DNA from: Heterodontus francisci
Lineage: Eukaryota
DNA: 64,000 bases
NCBI RefSeq assembly: GCF_036365525.1
Contig: NC_090382.1
Coordinates: 101,924,595-101,988,594 of the forward strand
Direction: 5' to 3'
In this document: in pieces, positions 60,801 through 64,000 of the stretch
Numbering within the stretch: the first letter of the stretch is position 1
How the letters are laid out: every line of letters starts with the position of its first letter
Program-made: the position numbers and the translations under genes
Notes under the pieces: model-generated
Databases searched by the model: none
Seen by the model: only the letters and a program-made list of their open reading frames with translations
What the model was told of the DNA's origin: nothing

Positions 60801-63454
60801 TGATATAACAAAGCACATATCCAGTTCTCTTTGCCTCTGTCAGCTTTCTGAATAATCAGTCTCAATGATTTCTCTTCCCCATTCCATCCATTCAATGGTT
60901 TTTCTTCAACAGTTTTGCCATCACTGTTAATCCAAACAAGTCTCATTGATTCAGTGACATCAGAGACAGAGCAGGTCAGGGTAACAGTGTCTCCCTCAGT
61001 CACTGCATCAGGTGGTTCAGCTGTGACTGTGGAAACAAGAAAATCATTTAGATTTTAAACAATAACATGATCATTGAAAACCATGGAAACATTCTGTCTC
61101 CTACCTTTAACTGTGATTAGTTTAATGGTCACATATTTATTTGATCCCAGAGAACATGTGTAAATTCCTGAATCTTCAAACAATACAGGGACAATCCTCA
61201 CATTGAAGTTCTTGCCATTAAAATTTGCCATTGTGAGAACCAGTCGACTCCTGAAGTAAGTCCTGTTTATATTGATGAGCTGAGATTTCCCTGCATTTGC
61301 TATTTGATTCTCCTGATTTTGACGATGATGTGACCTCCAGCTCCATGCAGCAGAGTTGTAAGAGTAAACAGAATAAAAATAACAAATCAGGTTGAGTTCA
61401 CTGTGATCTGTGCCTGACCGATAAATTGTGTAACTCTTCCCATATAAATCTGTGGCAGAAAGACAGAGAACAATGTGTTAGAATTTTACAATAACTGACG
61501 TGAAGAGAAAAGCCAGAATAATGAATGGCCTTAACTATATGACATTATTTTGTGCTTTGATCATCATAACTTCGTTTCATCAAGTTTTTGTCAAAGCTAT
61601 GAATTGTTTAAACATTGAAAACTTCATTGAATTCAATACCCAAAAGCAACAACATTTTGTGAAAATAAAATCTTTTTGTGTTTTAATTTGACATTGTCTT
61701 TGAGCCAGGAATGACACCATGACATCACATACCCAATATTGTGAGGCTCGGTCAGTAACATGGAGCCCTGCTGCTGGTGGCGGCGACTGCAGCTTTGCCC
61801 ATACACAGTTTCCCTCAGCCAAGTGCAATCCATATTTATATCTCACCCATGTAAAATGGGTATATGCCTGCTCCATGGGCCTGACCCACTTTCACACAAT
61901 CCATAAAACATGGTCGCTGCTGTTTGAGTTGGGGAAACTTGTAGGTTTTTTCACACTTGACACGGTCGCCTCTTACATCTAATATTTTGTACAGTCTTTA
62001 TACCTCTGCACTTTCTACATGTTATTTCTTTATCTCTATTTCTACTAAGGCTTCTGAATCTCCTCAGCCAGACTAACCCAGAGTCAGTTTAATTGCTGCT
62101 GAAATACAACTTCACAGCTGACAAAATTGGAAGGTTGGAAATCTTTCCTTATTGTCCAGGGAACAATCATGATGCTTTCTGACAGAAACATGGGGTAATT
62201 TGTCTTTGTGCGATAGTGTAAATGGGTAATAATAAATTGGCAGCACATTTCACAGAGATGACTCACTATTGCACATGGTTAAAGTTTCCTGTCTGCTATT
62301 CTCCAGAAAGCCTGCTGTTGAAGGATGATGCTGGAGCCCATCTTTACTCAGTCTTGCATTAATTTTACAAAGAAAAATGATTACAAACATGCAGCTCCTC
62401 ACTCAAACCTTCACCCAGTTTCAGTCAGTATCTCCTTATATATACACTCAGGTAAGGCCCTAATTAACACCCTCCACATGCATATGATTAAACACAATTA
62501 ACACACATTCAGTCCCACACTAAATCCGACTCGCCCAACCTCAATGACATACACAGGCTCTCTGACCCTCACAATCAAATTTAAAATCCTCATCATCATT
62601 GACAAATCACTCCACAGCCTCACGCCAATTTATCCCAGCAACTTCCTGCAAGATAATCTCCTTTCACATTCACTGTCTTCCTCTCACTGTCCCCTCTCTC
62701 TATTCAACCATTGATGGCAAAAAACCTTCTGTTTCCTCAGCCTGAACCTCTGGTACTCCCTCCCTAAACCCCCTCCACTCAGTTTTTCCCCCTCTTCCTC
62801 ATCCAAAGCCCCACTCCCAGCCTCTGTCATTTCCCACTGCCACCATCTCTCCTCTACATTCCCATTATTTTCATCCTCCCCTCTCCCATCCATGGACATT
62901 GATTCCCTGCCCTTCCCTCTTCCCTTAGTCCTGCTCCCAGCTCTGTGCTAATTTGAAGGTGAGAGTGTGCAGCAGCTGGAATCACTTCAAATAACAGCAG
63001 AACTCGGTTGGATGTGGCATTGAGGGGAGAGAGGCAAGTTATTTGTTCAATGTTGATATGTGCACCAGATCATCACATGTTGACTCAAAGCATGAAGTGC
63101 TGATAATTGACTGTAACCCACTCTATACATAACAGTTTTATATTAGTAACACTTTAATATTCACTGTTAGGAAACTTAACTTACATTGAGTCACAGAAAA
63201 ATCTGCTTTTCCTGTGAAAATAATAGAACCATTTTCCTGCACTTCACAAACATACGACTTCTCATCCTTAACTGCAACATGTTTGATTATCAGATAGACT
63301 GTGTTATTTAGTTGGATCTGATCAGTTTTCCTCCTGTTCTGCTCAGATGTGTCTCTCTGTTTCCAATGAAGACTGACTGTATCTGAGAGTTTGGAGATGG
63401 TACAGCTGAGAGTAACATCACTGCCCACCTCAGGCTGCTGTGAACTTGACTCAA
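30760..63454 (-). CDS. Multi-exon gene, 5' incomplete: type I membrane receptor with at least 7 alternating C2/V Ig-like domains (CD4/LAG-3-like WxC motifs), TM segment with Arg, and cytoplasmic Tyr motifs
   Basis: Eight exons (63185-63454, 61105-61449, 60757-61026, 53059-53403, 44979-45251, 43388-43726, 43040-43309, 34156-34263) have canonical AG/GT sites, lengths divisible by 3 and phase 1-1 boundaries, and join into one stop-free frame of 2220 nt. Tail exons lie at 33545-33657, 31761-31804 and 30760-30831. Confidence 0.88.
30900..31690 (+). mobile_element. LINE 3' fragment, same family as 18225-19880, in the last intron of the Ig receptor gene
   Basis: Direct similarity to 19050-19880. 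Confidence 0.8.
31761..31804 (-). CDS. Ig receptor penultimate cytoplasmic exon
   Basis: tattacag|GGCAT...TACT|gtaagt, 44 nt, phase 1 to 0; (G)HRHGIQRNKQSSDT; phase fits the terminal exon. Confidence 0.65.
33545..33657 (-). CDS. Ig receptor cytoplasmic exon 1 with Tyr motif QLYSNI; reads through to a stop
   Basis: gtctgaatag|GTTCAGG in phase with the TM exon; GSGNQRQKPLQRGENTEEAPQLYSNINEIHTLWLTVL*; no phase-1 GT donor seen; minus-strand AATAAA at 33481-33486. Confidence 0.7.
34156..34263 (-). CDS. Ig receptor transmembrane exon
   Basis: ttctgacag|GTCG...GCAG|gtaaga, 108 nt; SRSTFKHTNVAIFRSLALLLIIILALVLSLRKCKVA, a hydrophobic helix followed by basic RKCK; Arg codon at 34223-34225. Confidence 0.88.
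34310..35520 (+). mobile_element. PIF/Harbinger-derived fragment with Myb/SANT-like pseudo-exon
   Basis: TAA|GGGCTAGAAATT end; APCFSDATLDALVRKVKARKEAVF...W..V..AVNAQSVTPRTWQQ*RKKFNNL at 34650-34889. Confidence 0.7.
35858..37352 (+). mobile_element. Old degenerate RTE LINE fragment interrupted by a SINE
   Basis: YADD, LRWAGHV and CPTCGRVCSSPIGPISHVRAH remnants. Confidence 0.75.
36769..37089 (+). mobile_element. HE1-like tRNA-derived V-SINE
   Basis: A-box TGGCGCAGTGG, B-box GGTTCAGTTC, V-domain GGGTGCTCCGGTTTCCTCCCACA and CR1-type tail. Confidence 0.85.
37438..38060 (+). mobile_element. CR1 3' fragment
   Basis: Degenerate EYCV.FWAP...LGLFSLEKR; CR1 3' end. Confidence 0.8.
38988..39972 (+). 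mobile_element. Solo LTR (985 bp) inserted in a CR1 fragment
   Basis: TGTGAC...ATAACA ends; 4-bp TSD GCAG at 38984-38987 and 39973-39976; internal AATAAA near 39772. Confidence 0.85.
40378..41190 (+). mobile_element. CR1 3' fragment nested in an older CR1
   Basis: ORF 40579-40941 LVRPHLEYCVQFWSP; TTCTTATG tail. Confidence 0.85.
41971..42687. mobile_element. Non-autonomous Harbinger-like MITE
   Basis: TIRs GGGCTGAATTTTCA / TGAAAATTCAACGCC; TAA/TAT flanks. Confidence 0.6.
43040..43309 (-). CDS. Ig receptor exon C2, membrane-proximal C2 domain with WxC, paralog of C1
   Basis: ttccacag|TCACA...AACA|gtaagt, 270 nt; VTTEPPDAVTEGDTVTLTCSVSDVTESMRLVWISSDGK...ENWTCVLFHQNTPKVLIPYYLKFN. Confidence 0.92.
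43388..43726 (-). CDS. Ig receptor exon B2, V-set domain, paralog of B1
   Basis: ctattgcag|AGTTA...AAAG|gtagga, 339 nt; ELHNKIYTLYRSVTDHSELYLSCEVQSDYTETKWTWSSRY...FEDSGIYTCSLGSYNFVTIKLITVK. Confidence 0.92.
44979..45251 (-). CDS. Ig receptor exon A2, paralog of A1 with F-strand Cys replaced by Trp
   Basis: ttttttacag|TTGAG...CTGG|gtaagt, 273 nt; VETDSQRPGIGSDITLSCTISKLSDTVSLHWKPRDSS...NLYTWEVHENDSIVLSGNTNVDVDL. Confidence 0.9.
46087..46862 (+). pseudogene. Harbinger DDE transposase (HARBI1-like) pseudogene
   Basis: FPQVQGIFDCLH, FLNRKGFHSRNIQLVC, YPGSCHEAFIL, WLLADKPFP, HLSTRVITEQVIGLMKMMFRCL; stops and frameshifts. Confidence 0.85.
48990..51635 (-). mobile_element. Gypsy LTR retrotransposon internal relic (gag-PR-RT-RH)
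   Basis: Zn knuckle CSNCKKMNHF, IDTGS protease, PFGRYRWLHVPFG and VDDLL RT, SDHKPL RNase H. Confidence 0.85.
53059..53403 (-). CDS. Ig receptor exon D, cysteine-less V-like domain
   Basis: ttccttgcag|GATTC...AAAG|gtaagt, 345 nt, in frame between C1 and A2; GFPSYIYFLHQEGNFVLKGPENPGNGPIVLEWRPHSG...LNLRIRKPTFELAGLFTWTQTQPSKKILKQFEVFGIK. Confidence 0.82.
53780..56070 (-). mobile_element. Degenerate L2 LINE
   Basis: PTSCSLDPI, NYCPITNLPFLFKVLE, DKGKLSVLILL; SDHFLV endonuclease remnant. Confidence 0.8.
56100..57067 (-). mobile_element. Solo LTR
   Basis: Reverse-complement similarity to 8240-8440; boundaries approximate. Confidence 0.55.
57072..57766. mobile_element. Non-autonomous Harbinger-like MITE
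   Basis: TIRs GAGTTGAATTTT / AAAATTCAGCCC; 3-bp flanks CGA/CAA. Confidence 0.65.
58565..58945 (-). mobile_element. SacSINE1-like DeuSINE
   Basis: Homologous to 21634-22090 and 28863-29290. Confidence 0.7.
58946..59276. mobile_element. Probable short solo LTR
   Basis: TGTAGT...ACTACA inverted termini; no clean TSD. Confidence 0.4.
59410..60475 (-). mobile_element. LINE 3' fragment, same family as 18225-19880
   Basis: GIPQGSVRGP, FTYD and MEYSPLAW remnants. Confidence 0.8.
60757..61026 (-). CDS. Ig receptor exon C1, C2 domain with WxC
   Basis: tttccacag|TCACAG...AGTG|gtaagt, 270 nt; VTAEPPDAVTEGDTVTLTCSVSDVTESMRLVWINSDGK...ENWICALLYQNRPQVLVPYYQEPS. Confidence 0.92.
61105..61449 (-). CDS. 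Ig receptor exon B1, V-set domain (not in ORF track)
   Basis: ctgccacag|ATTTA...AAAG|gtagga, 345 nt; YLYGKSYTIYRSGTDHSELNLICYFYSVYSYNSAAWSWRSHH...YFRSRLVLTMANFNGKNFNVRIVPVLFEDSGIYTCSLGSNKYVTIKLITVK with DSGxYxC. Confidence 0.92.
63185..63454 (-). CDS. Ig receptor exon A1, C2-like domain
   Basis: ttttccacag|TTGAG...CAAT|gtaagt, 270 nt; VESSSQQPEVGSDVTLSCTISKLSDTVSLHWKQ...KSYVCEVQENGSIIFTGKADFSVTQ with B-strand Cys, C-strand Trp and YxC. Confidence 0.9.
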
Positions 63455-64000
63455 CTGTGGAAAACAGATCAATGAGATTTAGCGTAAGTCGTGACATGTA
63501 CAATCTAATGATTAGGTTCAAACTGACCTGAGGATGTGCCCATCATCAACACTTGTACCTCGCTGCAGTAAAGACTCCCGTCAGATTATACACAACTGCA
63601 TCTTATCAGTAAAATAGCACAGTGGAGATAAAAAAAAATTCTCCATTCTCCTCCACCTGCTGGAGTGTCAAGGGTCAAGTCAAGCTTACATAGATTGGAT
63701 GGTATTTGTGGATGCCTGTACAACAATGGACAGGTGGTAGAAACTCACTGGAAGTGGGTGTGATGAAAATGAAAATGCAGTCCCCGTGTTATCTGACATG
63801 GGGAAGGCTCCAGTCCTACCCTGTACTCAATCGGAATAGAACATTTCTGTAGGACCACCCAAAACATGCACTGGGAGCCTGTGCAGAAAATCGAGAGCAA
63901 ACGTCTTCACAGCCTGAGGAGTTATTTAAATTAGTAGGTTTCTAAAATGCTCTTGAGCAGGTCTCCAACCATTGAGCTTCCATGAGGAATGGCACTTCAG

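Noticed and set aside
30760-63454. Naming the receptor CD4 or LAG3
   Set aside because: It has more than four domains, the V domains seen are in single exons, there is no Cx(C/H) or FxxL tail motif, and synteny is not visible in this window.
1-64000. CRISPR arrays, rRNA genes, prokaryotic operons or V(D)J segments with RSS
   Set aside because: None seen; the V-type exons end in splice donors rather than heptamer/nonamer signals.

Overview
Eukaryotic, repeat-dense DNA from a cartilaginous fish, most likely a shark; this is inferred from HE1-like and SacSINE1-like SINEs and HER1/CR1 LINEs. Most long ORFs in the track belong to transposable elements: a near-intact full-length CR1, an intact RTE LINE with a 5' inversion inside one target-site duplication, Gmr1-like and other Gypsy relics, Harbinger elements, L2 and solo LTRs. 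Between them on the minus strand is a spliced host gene that the ORF track only partly shows. It has seven in-frame, phase-1 Ig-domain exons (C2-V-C2-V-C2-V-C2, an internally duplicated cassette with CD4/LAG-3-type WxC motifs), a transmembrane exon containing an arginine, and cytoplasmic exons whose terminal ITIM-like motif has Ser where Tyr is expected (VISAQI versus VIYAQI). It looks like a multi-Ig immune receptor changing from inhibitory to activating, and its 5' end lies beyond the right edge of the window. A signal-peptide exon of a second minus-strand gene (1160-1249), an orphan ITIM exon on the plus strand (17059-17115) and an ISRE/PU.1/kB-like site cluster (about 20.6 kb) suggest an immune receptor cluster. 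All calls were read by eye with no database search, and repeat boundaries are approximate unless a TSD or TIR is quoted.
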